A stretch of DNA of 64,000 nucleotides from SAR86 cluster bacterium SAR86B (GTDB taxonomy: Bacteria > Pseudomonadota > Gammaproteobacteria > Magnimaribacterales > D2472). The DNA is taken from positions 1,620 to 65,619 of the forward strand of contig CAJJAC010000010.1 of assembly GCA_905181955.1 (NCBI GenBank). Reading direction: 5' to 3'. Position numbers and translations under genes: made by a program. Within the stretch, counting starts at the first letter, position 1; each line of letters begins with the position of its first letter. Below the pieces are notes generated by a model. That model ran no database searches and was not told the DNA's origin. It was given only the letters and a program-made list of their open reading frames with translations. Below are positions 30,877 through 40,178 of the stretch, in pieces.

Positions 30877-31536
30877 TTATAAAGATGCAAGCACTGACTC
30901 TCCAGCCACAACTTTTTGATTTAAACTACAATCAATCTGAGTATTAATAGGAAAATAAATATCAACCCTTGATCCAAATCTAATTAAACCAAATCTCTCA
31001 CCTGCACTAAGGGTATGCCCATCTTTAATAAAGCTCAAAATCCTTCTAGCAATTAAACCTGCAATTTGAACAACGACTATCTCAACATTATCTTTGGTTT
31101 GAATAACTAAAGCATTTCTTTCATTTTTTTCACTAGCTTTATCTAAACTTGCATTCAAAAAACTTCCTTTCGTATAAGCAATTTTTTTTACTTTGCCTGC
31201 GATTGGGCTTCTGTTTACATGGACATTAAAGACATTCATGAAAACACAAACTCTTTTCATAATTACAGGCTCTAATTCAGATTCTAATGGCGGTAAAGAT
31301 TCATCAATTAAACAAATAACTCCATCTGCAGGACTATATATAGTTCCTGGGATAGAGGGCGTAACCCTTTCAGGGTCTCTAAAGAACCATATTATGAATA
31401 AAGTAATTAGGCACCCAAGAGCTGCAAGAGGAAGCCAGATAAAAAAGAATAAAACTGATATACATAAAGCAATTAAAGCGAACTTCCATCCCTCAGGATG
31501 AATAAATGATAGAAATTTATTTTTTGATAAAGACAT
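30877..31536 (-). CDS. psd: Phosphatidylserine decarboxylase proenzyme (short form)
   Basis: 219 aa with N-terminal TM helices and an FGSR self-cleavage motif near the C-terminus (LIRFGSRVDIY). Confidence 0.85.
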   Translation of the reverse strand: MSLSKNKFLSFIHPEGWKFALIALCISVLFFFIWLPLAALGCLITLFIIWFFRDPERVTPSIPGTIYSPADGVICLIDESLPPLESELEPVIMKRVCVFMNVFNVHVNRSPIAGKVKKIAYTKGSFLNASLDKASEKNERNALVIQTKDNVEIVVVQIAGLIARRILSFIKDGHTLSAGERFGLIRFGSRVDIYFPINTQIDCSLNQKVVAGESVLASL

Positions 31537-31545
31537 AGTTCTTCC

Positions 31546-31935
31546 CTAGAGCTCGCCCTTATTTCTCATATCTTTTCTAATCTTTGTAGCGCTAATATCA
31601 GTAATAGACTCATCAAAAGTTTCTTCTTCAAAAACATAACCAACGCCGCGACCATAAGTAATATTTACAATATTAGGTACAAGCATGATCTCGTATTCCC
31701 TGCCTCTTTCAAAACCATCTACCTTGAGACCGTCTTCTATATTTTTACAAACAGTATCCCAATCAAAAGGATTATCAGCTTGACCATCTCCGCCCGAAGC
31801 CCCTTGAACGTCTCTAACTTGAATAGCGACTTGCCCAGTTTTAGCAACACATCTTTTAAATAATGCTTGATGGCCGTCATGCCATGGCTGCCATCTTCCG
31901 AGCATTTGTACAGTTGGTTTTTTCCAATCAAACAT
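31546..31935 (-). CDS. Small HxGH nucleotidyltransferase (cytidylyltransferase-like fold; NadM/NMNAT- or TagD-like)
   Basis: 129 aa. GRWQPWHDGH matches the GRxQPxHxGH signature of archaeal/NadM-type NMN adenylyltransferases. C-terminal ISATKIR matches the ISxTxxR motif. Confidence 0.65.
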   Translation of the reverse strand: MFDWKKPTVQMLGRWQPWHDGHQALFKRCVAKTGQVAIQVRDVQGASGGDGQADNPFDWDTVCKNIEDGLKVDGFERGREYEIMLVPNIVNITYGRGVGYVFEEETFDESITDISATKIRKDMRNKGEL

Positions 31936-32344
31936 TTTTTAATATCTCCTTGGCAATATCTTCATGATTATGATCATTCCATTCAGTAATATGAAAACTT
32001 ACATTTTCAGGATTTTGAAATAATTTATTAGTATCTTCGTATCTACCTTCTTTAATAGTATCCATCCACACAACGATATCTGCATCAAAGTTTTCCCTTG
32101 TTTCTTGAGTTGGGCAAACAAAATCACATACAACACATCTACCATGTAATTTTTCAAAATCAGCAAAGCTTCGCATTCTAAGAGACTGTCTTCTTCTGCC
32201 TTCGTCTGAAAAGTCCCAATCATTTGCCATTTCTCTTACTTTATCTGCGTTATACCAAGCAGCACTTAAAAGAGGCACCAATCGTTCAGTAAGATATGTT
32301 TTACCACTTCCAGGAAGGCCCATAACTAACACTTTCATCATCAA
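31928..32344 (-). CDS. Minimal P-loop kinase-like protein (APS-kinase/AAA_33-like)
   Basis: 138 aa with GLPGSGKTY Walker A at residues 9-17. It overlaps the downstream nucleotidyltransferase gene by 8 nt. Confidence 0.6.
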   Translation of the reverse strand: MMMKVLVMGLPGSGKTYLTERLVPLLSAAWYNADKVREMANDWDFSDEGRRRQSLRMRSFADFEKLHGRCVVCDFVCPTQETRENFDADIVVWMDTIKEGRYEDTNKLFQNPENVSFHITEWNDHNHEDIAKEILKNV

Positions 32345-32359
32345 GTCCTTGAATTTAAT

Positions 32360-33079
32360 TTATTTAACGGCATTTGAAGCAGAACTCTTTAAAGATGTAT
32401 ATAAGCTGAAGTATATATAAGCCCATGGAAATACAAATGTATATTCAATAATACCTGCAAGAATAAGTTGAAGTATCGAACTCCCTCCACCTGCCGCCAT
32501 TGGTAAGACAGAAATAACAATCATCGCCAGAGCCGAGCTTAATGCAAAAAATGTAAAAGTTAGAAAAAATAAAATAGTCCCATGCTCATCTGTTACTTCC
32601 CAAGATTTGGCAATAGAACCCCTAACACCTGTTCCTTCAAACATAACGTAAGCTGGAGTTAATCCAAGTCTTCCAGCTAAATAAAATCCAGGAAGGATTA
32701 ACATAAGAAATCCTAATGAAAAGATAAGATAACAAAGCATTAAAGCTCCAAGTAATGGAAAAAACTTTTTAAAGCCAATAAATAGAGCATCAAATGGTTT
32801 TATATCCTTACCTTCTGTTAAAGCATCAAATGCTACAAAGACTCCACCTGTAAAAGATATGCTCAGAACAATCGAAATAAAGGATAGGAGGGTAATAGGC
32901 ATGGAGTTAGTTTCAAAATATAGCCCAATATCATCCATATTTCCTGCTTCCAATAACAAGGTTGCATCGGTTAAGTAATATGCAGTTATGATCTCAACCA
33001 AAAAGACAGGAAAGGCCAAGACTGCAAGAAATTGCCAGTGAGTAAATGCAAATTGCCAAGCTGATTTAAATTGGTTCAT
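32360..33079 (-). CDS. Multi-pass integral membrane protein of unknown function (YciC/UPF0259-like architecture)
   Basis: 239 aa with 5-6 hydrophobic segments. The assignment is by architecture only. Confidence 0.4.
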   Translation of the reverse strand: MNQFKSAWQFAFTHWQFLAVLAFPVFLVEIITAYYLTDATLLLEAGNMDDIGLYFETNSMPITLLSFISIVLSISFTGGVFVAFDALTEGKDIKPFDALFIGFKKFFPLLGALMLCYLIFSLGFLMLILPGFYLAGRLGLTPAYVMFEGTGVRGSIAKSWEVTDEHGTILFFLTFTFFALSSALAMIVISVLPMAAGGGSSILQLILAGIIEYTFVFPWAYIYFSLYTSLKSSASNAVK

Positions 33080-33107
33080 AATAGTAAAAAAAATTAATAT
33101 AAAAATT

Positions 33108-35219
33108 ATGAGAAATATTATAGTCTACGGTTTTTTCTTTGTCCTCTTCAGTTGCTCAACTGAGAATACAACAGAAGATAATTTAATTACTTATCCTGAT
33201 ACAAAAACAGTTCCTTTCATTGAAACCTTGCATGGAACCGAGATATCGGATCCCTATAGATGGTTGGAAGATTTTACCAGTGATGAGGCAAATGCTTGGG
33301 TTGCTAAGCAGAATGCTTTCACTCAGACCTTTATTAAAGAGACTGCAATAAAGACTGCAATAAGAGAAGATCTCTCTAAAATATGGGTTAGTGATTCTAT
33401 AAGTACACCTTTTAAGAAAGAAGGCAAAACTTTTTACTATTTTAATAATGGAATGTGGCAGCAAAGTAAGTTGATGATGAAAGCTTGCGATACTTGTGAT
33501 GAAGAAGTTTTACTTGATCCAAATAAATTTTCAGATGATGGAACAGTTTCACTTGGCAGTATTAGCATCAGCCCCAATGCAGAATATATGGCTTACTCTA
33601 TTTCAGACGGTGGCTCAGATTGGAAAAGTTGGAAGATCCTGACAATAGCAGATAAATCTTTGCTTGAAGACAATCTTTTATGGACAAAATTCTCCGGTGC
33701 TGTTTGGGAGAATGATAATTCTGGATTCTATTACCTAAAATATGATGAACCAGCTGGAGAAGCCCTTCTTGAAGTTAATGAAGCTCCCCAACTTTTATTT
33801 CACACTCTTAATACGACTCAATCTAAAGATAAATTAATTTATAAAAATTCTGAAAAACCTAGATGGAGTTTTGGAATAAGCGTTATTAAAGATACTTCTT
33901 ATAAAATCTTATCAATTGGAGAGGGGACGGATGAAAGAAATAGAGTTTATGTTCAGCTAGAACCTAATGGAGAATTTATCCCTTTAATCGATGAACTTAT
34001 TGGTGCCTATAATTTAATATCATCAAAAGATAATGTTTTATGGTTTTACACTACTGATAGCGCCCCAAATGGGAAAGTCGTTAAGTTAGAAATTAATGAA
34101 GATCAAAGCATGGAATGGGCAGAAGTTATTGCTGAAACAAAGAATTCAATTTCAAGCGTGAATGTAATAAATAATTCTTTTGCTGTGATCTATCTTGAAG
34201 ATACACTTTCTCTTGTAAATTTTTATAATTTAGATGGCTCCTTCAGTCATAAACTTAAGGGTGATTTTAAAGGAAGCATTGGTGGCTTTAGTGGAAATAT
34301 AGATGATACAGAAACTTATTTTAGTTACACAAATTTTACAACTCCGTCTCAAATACACAAAATAGATCTAGCTAAAAATTCTAGCGAACTATTTTGGGCG
34401 CAAGAGTTACCAGATTTTAATACTTCAGATTACACATCAGAATTAAAATTTTATAAATCTAAGGACGGAACAAAAATACCTTTGCATGTTAGTTATAAGA
34501 AAAGCAGTAAGCTTAATTCTTCAACACCTGTTCTGCTTTATGGTTATGGAGGATTCAATATTTCAATCTTACCTAGATTTTCAAAGAGTTATTTAGCTTG
34601 GATGAATCAAGGTGGTGTTGTTGCTGTTGCTAACCTTAGGGGTGGTGGTGAGTATGGAGAGTCTTGGCACGCAGATGGAATGCTATTGAACAAACAAAAT
34701 GTTTTTGATGATTTCGCATTTGCGGCAAAGTATCTACATAAATCTAAAATTGGCTCGACCTCAACGACTGCTATTCAAGGTGGATCTAATGGAGGCTTGT
34801 TGGTTGCTGCTACTATGCTGCAAAATCCAAAGCTATTTGCTGCAGCTATTCCTCAAGTAGGAGTTCTAGATATGCTTAGATTTAATAAATTTACTATTGG
34901 CTGGGCTTGGGAAAGTGATTATGGTTCTCCAGAAAAAACCAATGAATTTTATAATCTATTGTCCTATTCTCCATATCATAATATTGAAAATGGTGAATGC
35001 TATCCTCCTACACTTGTAACAACTTCAAAGAGAGATGATAGGGTTGTTCCATCTCACTCATTTAAATTTGCTGCTAGACTTCAAGCATCACAGGGCTGCG
35101 AAAACCCAATTCTTATTAGAATAGAAGATAGAGCTGGTCACGGTGCAGGAACTCCAAAAGATAAAAAGATAGAACAAATTTCTGATGTATATGGATTTGC
35201 TTTATCGTCAATGAATTAA
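33108..35219 (+). CDS. Prolyl oligopeptidase (S9A), lipobox-type signal
   Basis: N-terminal beta-propeller plus C-terminal hydrolase domain with GGSNGGLL catalytic Ser, DDRV Asp and AGHG His. Confidence 0.9.
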   Translation: MRNIIVYGFFFVLFSCSTENTTEDNLITYPDTKTVPFIETLHGTEISDPYRWLEDFTSDEANAWVAKQNAFTQTFIKETAIKTAIREDLSKIWVSDSISTPFKKEGKTFYYFNNGMWQQSKLMMKACDTCDEEVLLDPNKFSDDGTVSLGSISISPNAEYMAYSISDGGSDWKSWKILTIADKSLLEDNLLWTKFSGAVWENDNSGFYYLKYDEPAGEALLEVNEAPQLLFHTLNTTQSKDKLIYKNSEKPRWSFGISVIKDTSYKILSIGEGTDERNRVYVQLEPNGEFIPLIDELIGAYNLISSKDNVLWFYTTDSAPNGKVVKLEINEDQSMEWAEVIAETKNSISSVNVINNSFAVIYLEDTLSLVNFYNLDGSFSHKLKGDFKGSIGGFSGNIDDTETYFSYTNFTTPSQIHKIDLAKNSSELFWAQELPDFNTSDYTSELKFYKSKDGTKIPLHVSYKKSSKLNSSTPVLLYGYGGFNISILPRFSKSYLAWMNQGGVVAVANLRGGGEYGESWHADGMLLNKQNVFDDFAFAAKYLHKSKIGSTSTTAIQGGSNGGLLVAATMLQNPKLFAAAIPQVGVLDMLRFNKFTIGWAWESDYGSPEKTNEFYNLLSYSPYHNIENGECYPPTLVTTSKRDDRVVPSHSFKFAARLQASQGCENPILIRIEDRAGHGAGTPKDKKIEQISDVYGFALSSMN

Positions 35220-35340
35220 TTTTTTAAAAGACAGATTACATATATTTAATGCAAATCATAATAGTTTAGAATTTAGATATATTAAATTTTGAATTATTGA
35301 ATTATCATCAGAGAAGTAATTTTTTTTATGGGAGAGAAAT

Positions 35341-36537
35341 ATGAAAATATTATGCGTACTATATGATGATCCAAAAACAGGGATGCCTGAAAAATATGCC
35401 AGAGATGATTTACCTAAATTAGATAAGTATCCAGATGGAATGAGCCTTCCGTCACCTAAAGATTTAGATTTTACTCCAGGTGAGTTACTTGGTTGTGTAT
35501 CTGGAGAACTTGGACTAAGGAAGTTTTTAGAAGACGCAGGACATACTTTAGTTGTTACGTCAGATAAGGATGGCGAGGGATGTGAAGCTGATAGAGAATT
35601 AGTTGATTCTGATATTGTTATATCGCAGCCTTTCTTTCCATACTACTTAACTAGAAAAGGCATGGAGTCAGCTCCAAATCTTAAGATGGCAATTACTGCT
35701 GGTATTGGGTCAGATCACGTTGATCTTCAAGCAGCTATGGATAACAAAGTAGATGTGGTTGAAGTAACTTACTGTAATTCAAGATCTGTTGCAGAGCATA
35801 TTGTAATGATGATTCTATCCATGGTTCGTGATTACCATACTCAACATAGAATAGTTAATGAAGGTGGCTGGAATATAGCTGATGCAGTTCAAAGATCTTA
35901 TGATGTCGAAGGTATGCATATCGGAACTGTTGCTGCTGGAAGAATAGGCCTAGATGTTTTAAGAAAGATGAAGCCTTTTGATACACACCTTCACTACTTT
36001 GATAGACATAGATTGTCTAATGAAGTTGAGCAAGAACTAAACCTTACATTTCATGATTCAGTTGAGTCTTTAGTGGCTGCTTGTGATGTTGTTACTATCA
36101 ATTGTCCTCTTCATCCAGAAACTGAAAATCTCTTTGATGATGAACTGATTGGTAAGATGAAAAGAGGTGCTACATTAATTAATACTGCGAGAGGAAAAAT
36201 CTGCGATAAAGATGCTGTTGCAAGAGCTCTCGAGTCAGGACAGCTAAGTGGCTATGCTGGTGATGTATGGTTCCCTCAACCCGCACCAAATGACCATGTA
36301 TGGAGAACAATGCCTAACCACGGAATGACGCCTCATACATCAGGAACTTCACTTTCAGCTCAAACTAGATATGCAGCTGGCGTAAGAGAAATCTTAGAAT
36401 GTTTCTTTGCTGGAGAGCCTATCAGGGATCCATACTTAATTGTTCAAGATGGTGACTTAGCTGGTATGGGAGCTCATTCTTACTCTAAAGGAACTGCAAC
36501 AGATGGTTCTGAGGAAGCAGCTGAATATAAAAAATAA
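35341..36537 (+). CDS. fdh: NAD+-dependent (metal-independent) formate dehydrogenase
   Basis: MKILCVLYDDP start, GTVAAGRIG Rossmann motif, YAGDVWFPQPAP and MTPHTSGTSLSAQ motifs characteristic of the FDH branch of D-2-hydroxyacid dehydrogenases. Confidence 0.9.
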   Translation: MKILCVLYDDPKTGMPEKYARDDLPKLDKYPDGMSLPSPKDLDFTPGELLGCVSGELGLRKFLEDAGHTLVVTSDKDGEGCEADRELVDSDIVISQPFFPYYLTRKGMESAPNLKMAITAGIGSDHVDLQAAMDNKVDVVEVTYCNSRSVAEHIVMMILSMVRDYHTQHRIVNEGGWNIADAVQRSYDVEGMHIGTVAAGRIGLDVLRKMKPFDTHLHYFDRHRLSNEVEQELNLTFHDSVESLVAACDVVTINCPLHPETENLFDDELIGKMKRGATLINTARGKICDKDAVARALESGQLSGYAGDVWFPQPAPNDHVWRTMPNHGMTPHTSGTSLSAQTRYAAGVREILECFFAGEPIRDPYLIVQDGDLAGMGAHSYSKGTATDGSEEAAEYKK

Positions 36538-36585
36538 TATAGGAGTATGATCAAAATCTAATTTGATTTAATATACAAACTTAAC

Positions 36586-36668
36586 TGCAAAGGGGTGGTC
36601 ATTCTGACCTGAGATCTTCATAGGGACCCTTTGAACCTGATCCATTTAATAATGGCGGAGGAATTGCA
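36586..36668 (+). promoter_or_regulatory. TPP (THI-box) riboswitch
   Basis: TGCAA-AGGGGTGG...CTGAGA...ACCCTTTGAACCTGATCCATTTAATAATGGCGGAGGAA-TTGCA. The conserved GGGGUG, CUGAGA and ACCCUUUGAACCUGAUC...UAAU...GCG.AGG.A blocks are present. P1 is UGCAA/UUGCA. Confidence 0.9.
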
Positions 36669-38776
36669 TGAATATCATCAAAACTAGTCTATTTATTTCT
36701 TTATTTCTTTCTTTTTTTAGTTCTCAATTAATATCTGAAACTATCGAAGAAATTACTATTAAAGGCGATTGGCGTCAAACTTCAGCAGATCAAGAAGATT
36801 CAAGCGTTTTGGTGCTTAATGAGGAAACTATTAAATCTCAGCCTCTTAAACACTTCGAACAACTTTCATATTTAGTACCTAATTTAAATTTTGCAGCCAG
36901 CGATTCAAGAGCGCGTTATTTTCAGATTAGGGGTATTGGAGAGAGATCTGGGTATCAAGGAACTCCTAATTCGTCAGTTGGTTTTCTTATAGATGATATT
37001 GATTATTCAGGACAAGGAGGAATTGCAACAACTTTTGATCTAGATCAAATTGAAATATATAGAGGCCCCCAAGGATCTAGAATTGGTGCGAATGCTTTAG
37101 CTGGACTAATTTATATAAAAACTAAAGATCCAACAGATAAATTTGAAGGGACTAGTGAAGTGACTATAGGATCTTATGGGACTAAAAGTGCAGGTGTTGC
37201 TTTTGGTGGACCTTTTGAAGCAAATAGTGATCTTTCATACAGACTGGTTTTAAGAAAAGATAAATCTAATGGTTATAGAAAAAATTTATATCTCAATAGA
37301 TCAGATACATCAAGAAAGGATGAAACCACCGCTCGCTTAAAAGTGAATTGGAAACTTGATGATAAGACATCAGTTGATTTTTTAGTTATGCAGGTTGATA
37401 TGGATGACCCCGCTGATATTTGGACCTTGGATGGAAGTTTAAATACTCTTTCTGATAGACCAGGAATGGACTCACAAAAGACCAATGCTTATGGATTAAA
37501 AGTATTTCGTGCATTTGATAGCTTTGAACTTCAAAGTCTTTCAAGCTCAACAGATACTAGTGTGGTTTTTAGTTATGATGCTGATTGGGGTAATACAGAC
37601 TCTCATGCACCCTATACATATGACTATTTCTCAGAGACATTAAGAGATAGAAGCTCATTTAGCCAAGAATTTAGACTAGTTTCAGATAAAGCAGACTTTT
37701 TAACCAATAATCTTATTGAATGGGTTGCCGGAATAAACTATTTAGAGTTAAAAGAGACAAATTTGAAATACGACGATGGTATTTACGGCGATCCATCAGA
37801 TCCTTATGGACCTTATACCAGCGAATCATCATCCTCAAGCTCATATAAATCAGAAAACTTGTCATTTTTTGGAAATGTAGATTATCTTCTTTCAGAGTCA
37901 ACGAAGATCTCTTTAGGTTTGAGAATGGAAGACTGGGAGTCAAAATATTTTGATTCTTTTGGAGAGTCTTTTAATCCGTCGAATGATATGTCGGGAGGAA
38001 AAATATCTCTAATAAAAAATATAAAAACTGGATCTAATATTTTTATTAGTATTGCTAAAGGATATAAACAAGGTGGATTCAATCTTGGTTTAGGTTTGGG
38101 TGGCGATGTCACAAATAAAGATCTTACATATGATCCAGAATTTCTTACCAATTATGAAATAGGTATTAACTCAAGAATTTTAGATTCCAGATTAAATATT
38201 GAAAGTGTTGTATTTTATTCTGACAGAGAAGACCAACAAGTTTTAATATCAACTCAAGTAGATCCTAAAGATCCAAATACTTTTTCCTTCTTAACTCAGA
38301 ATGCTGCTGAGGGAGTTAACTATGGATTAGAAATAAATCTTGATATGGAAGTTACGACTGATATTAATATATTTGCTAATGTTGGAATCCTTAAAACTGA
38401 AATAAAAAATTGGCAGTCTCGACCTGACCTTGAAGGAAGAGCACAAGCACATGCTCCAGAAAAAAGTTTTGCACTTGGCATAAATTGGTCTCTAACATCA
38501 AAGACTTATCTGTCAGCTGATGTGACAGGCAAGAGTGAATTTTATTACTCAGATTCTCATAATAATAAATCTAAGTCATATAACTTAATGAATATTAATT
38601 ATGGCTATAAAAATAAAGATTGGAGCTATACCTTATGGGTAAGAAATGTCTTTGATACCTACTATTCAGTAAGAGGTTTTTACTTTGGAAATGAGGCACC
38701 AAATTTTGAAGATACATTATATGAGAGACATGGAGATCCTAGGCACTCTGGAGTGTCAGTAAGATATGATTTCTAG
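36668..38776 (+). CDS. TonB-dependent outer-membrane receptor, TPP-riboswitch regulated (thiamine or precursor uptake)
   Basis: Signal peptide, TonB-box/plug region (IEEITIKGD...IEIYRGPQG), C-terminal ...VRYDF beta-barrel terminus. Confidence 0.9.
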   Translation: MNIIKTSLFISLFLSFFSSQLISETIEEITIKGDWRQTSADQEDSSVLVLNEETIKSQPLKHFEQLSYLVPNLNFAASDSRARYFQIRGIGERSGYQGTPNSSVGFLIDDIDYSGQGGIATTFDLDQIEIYRGPQGSRIGANALAGLIYIKTKDPTDKFEGTSEVTIGSYGTKSAGVAFGGPFEANSDLSYRLVLRKDKSNGYRKNLYLNRSDTSRKDETTARLKVNWKLDDKTSVDFLVMQVDMDDPADIWTLDGSLNTLSDRPGMDSQKTNAYGLKVFRAFDSFELQSLSSSTDTSVVFSYDADWGNTDSHAPYTYDYFSETLRDRSSFSQEFRLVSDKADFLTNNLIEWVAGINYLELKETNLKYDDGIYGDPSDPYGPYTSESSSSSSYKSENLSFFGNVDYLLSESTKISLGLRMEDWESKYFDSFGESFNPSNDMSGGKISLIKNIKTGSNIFISIAKGYKQGGFNLGLGLGGDVTNKDLTYDPEFLTNYEIGINSRILDSRLNIESVVFYSDREDQQVLISTQVDPKDPNTFSFLTQNAAEGVNYGLEINLDMEVTTDINIFANVGILKTEIKNWQSRPDLEGRAQAHAPEKSFALGINWSLTSKTYLSADVTGKSEFYYSDSHNNKSKSYNLMNINYGYKNKDWSYTLWVRNVFDTYYSVRGFYFGNEAPNFEDTLYERHGDPRHSGVSVRYDF

Positions 38777-39353
38777 CTTGCTTAATCCTTTTTGGTTGGA
38801 GGTAATAGCGGTAATATTCGCTATAATCTATCTTTTATTGGCTGTAAAAAAAGATGTAAGATGTTGGTATGCGGCAATATTAAGTTCAAGTCTGTATTTC
38901 TTCATAATGTTATCAGCAAACCTATATATGGAAGCATATTTGCAAATATTCTACATATTAATGGCAATTTATGGATGGTTCCAATGGAATAAAGTCGATG
39001 AATATAATAATAAATTTATTGTAAAAACTTGGAGTATTAAACGGCATGTTATTGTCATTTCATCTATATTTATATCGGCATATGTGTCAGGTAGTTTATT
39101 AAATATATATACAGATGCAGCATTACCATTCATAGATGCCTTTACAACATGGGGAGCAATAATTGCTACATACATGGTGGCTAAAAAATTATTAGAGAAC
39201 TGGATATATTGGTTTGTAATAGATTCAATATCAGTACTAGTATTTATGTCACGTGGATTATTCTTAACTTCAATATTATTTTTTATCTATCTTATAATTA
39301 TTTATTATGGATATAAGTCCTGGTCAAAAATAAAATACGAAATGAATGCTTAA
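38766..39353 (+). CDS. pnuT: PnuC-family facilitator, predicted thiamine transporter PnuT
   Basis: 195 aa with 7 TM-like segments. PnuC-type W-rich motifs (YGWFQW, WIYWFVIDS). Overlaps the receptor gene by 11 nt within the riboswitch operon. Confidence 0.75.
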   Translation: MISSLLNPFWLEVIAVIFAIIYLLLAVKKDVRCWYAAILSSSLYFFIMLSANLYMEAYLQIFYILMAIYGWFQWNKVDEYNNKFIVKTWSIKRHVIVISSIFISAYVSGSLLNIYTDAALPFIDAFTTWGAIIATYMVAKKLLENWIYWFVIDSISVLVFMSRGLFLTSILFFIYLIIIYYGYKSWSKIKYEMNA

Positions 39354-40170
39354 CATACAAAAAAAACTTAATTCAGTTTCAGAGAACATAGAATTAAAAG
39401 ATGAAATAAAATCAGGACCTCTTTCAAAAATTTTCTTATGTAATTTTAATAATATCAAATCAATTATAAGATTTGATTTATCACTAGTATCTAAATTAAA
39501 AATAGATCGTAGTAACGAAATTAATATTCTTAAGGAAATAGGTTATTTAAATCTAGCGCCAAATATTCTTTATACAAATCTTAATAAAGGAATTTTGATA
39601 TGGGAATATATTCCAGGTACCGAGCTATCGATAACTAAAAAAAATCATGATATTGTTTTAAATGATTTAGGTAGAGTCTTAAAAAAAGTACATCAATTCA
39701 AGCTACCTAAAAAAAATACAAAAGAGTTTAATCAATCAATTAGTTTCTATAAAAATTTACTAAGTAATTCATCAGATCAAACAATAATCAATAAAGGCCT
39801 GACTCTTTATGATGAAATTTTGGATGATAATCTACCTAATGTTTTTAGTCACAATGATCTAAATAAATCCAATCTTTTAATAAGCAATAAAATACATTTT
39901 TTAGATTGGGAATACGCAAGCATGAACCATCCTTATTTTGATATTGCATCACTTGTAGTTGCTTTAAATTTAAATTCAGAAGGAATTAATAAATTATGGC
40001 AAGGTTACTCTGGCGATTCATCATTTCTTGATCAGAGCAAACTGAATAGGTGGATTAATTTTACTTATTACCTAGATTATTTGTGGAGAAGATCTATTGT
40101 CGAATTAGACGATTCTTATACCAATAGCATGCAATTAGATGAATTTGAGAGCTTTTTACTTAAATTATAG
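39346..40170 (+). CDS. thiK: Thiamine-kinase-like phosphotransferase (APH/choline-kinase fold)
   Basis: HNDLNKSNLL (HxDxxxxN catalytic loop) and FLDWEYA (DxE) motifs. 274 aa. Overlaps pnuT by 8 nt. Confidence 0.7.
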   Translation: MLNIQKKLNSVSENIELKDEIKSGPLSKIFLCNFNNIKSIIRFDLSLVSKLKIDRSNEINILKEIGYLNLAPNILYTNLNKGILIWEYIPGTELSITKKNHDIVLNDLGRVLKKVHQFKLPKKNTKEFNQSISFYKNLLSNSSDQTIINKGLTLYDEILDDNLPNVFSHNDLNKSNLLISNKIHFLDWEYASMNHPYFDIASLVVALNLNSEGINKLWQGYSGDSSFLDQSKLNRWINFTYYLDYLWRRSIVELDDSYTNSMQLDEFESFLLKL

Positions 40171-40178
40171 TTTTATAA

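Noticed and set aside
31737-32223. Two same-strand alternative-frame ORFs (64 and 74 aa) inside the nucleotidyltransferase and kinase genes
   Set aside because: The main frames carry clear HxGH and Walker A motifs. The extra ORFs are best explained by locally higher G+C reducing chance stop codons. I used them only as supporting evidence of a compositional anomaly.
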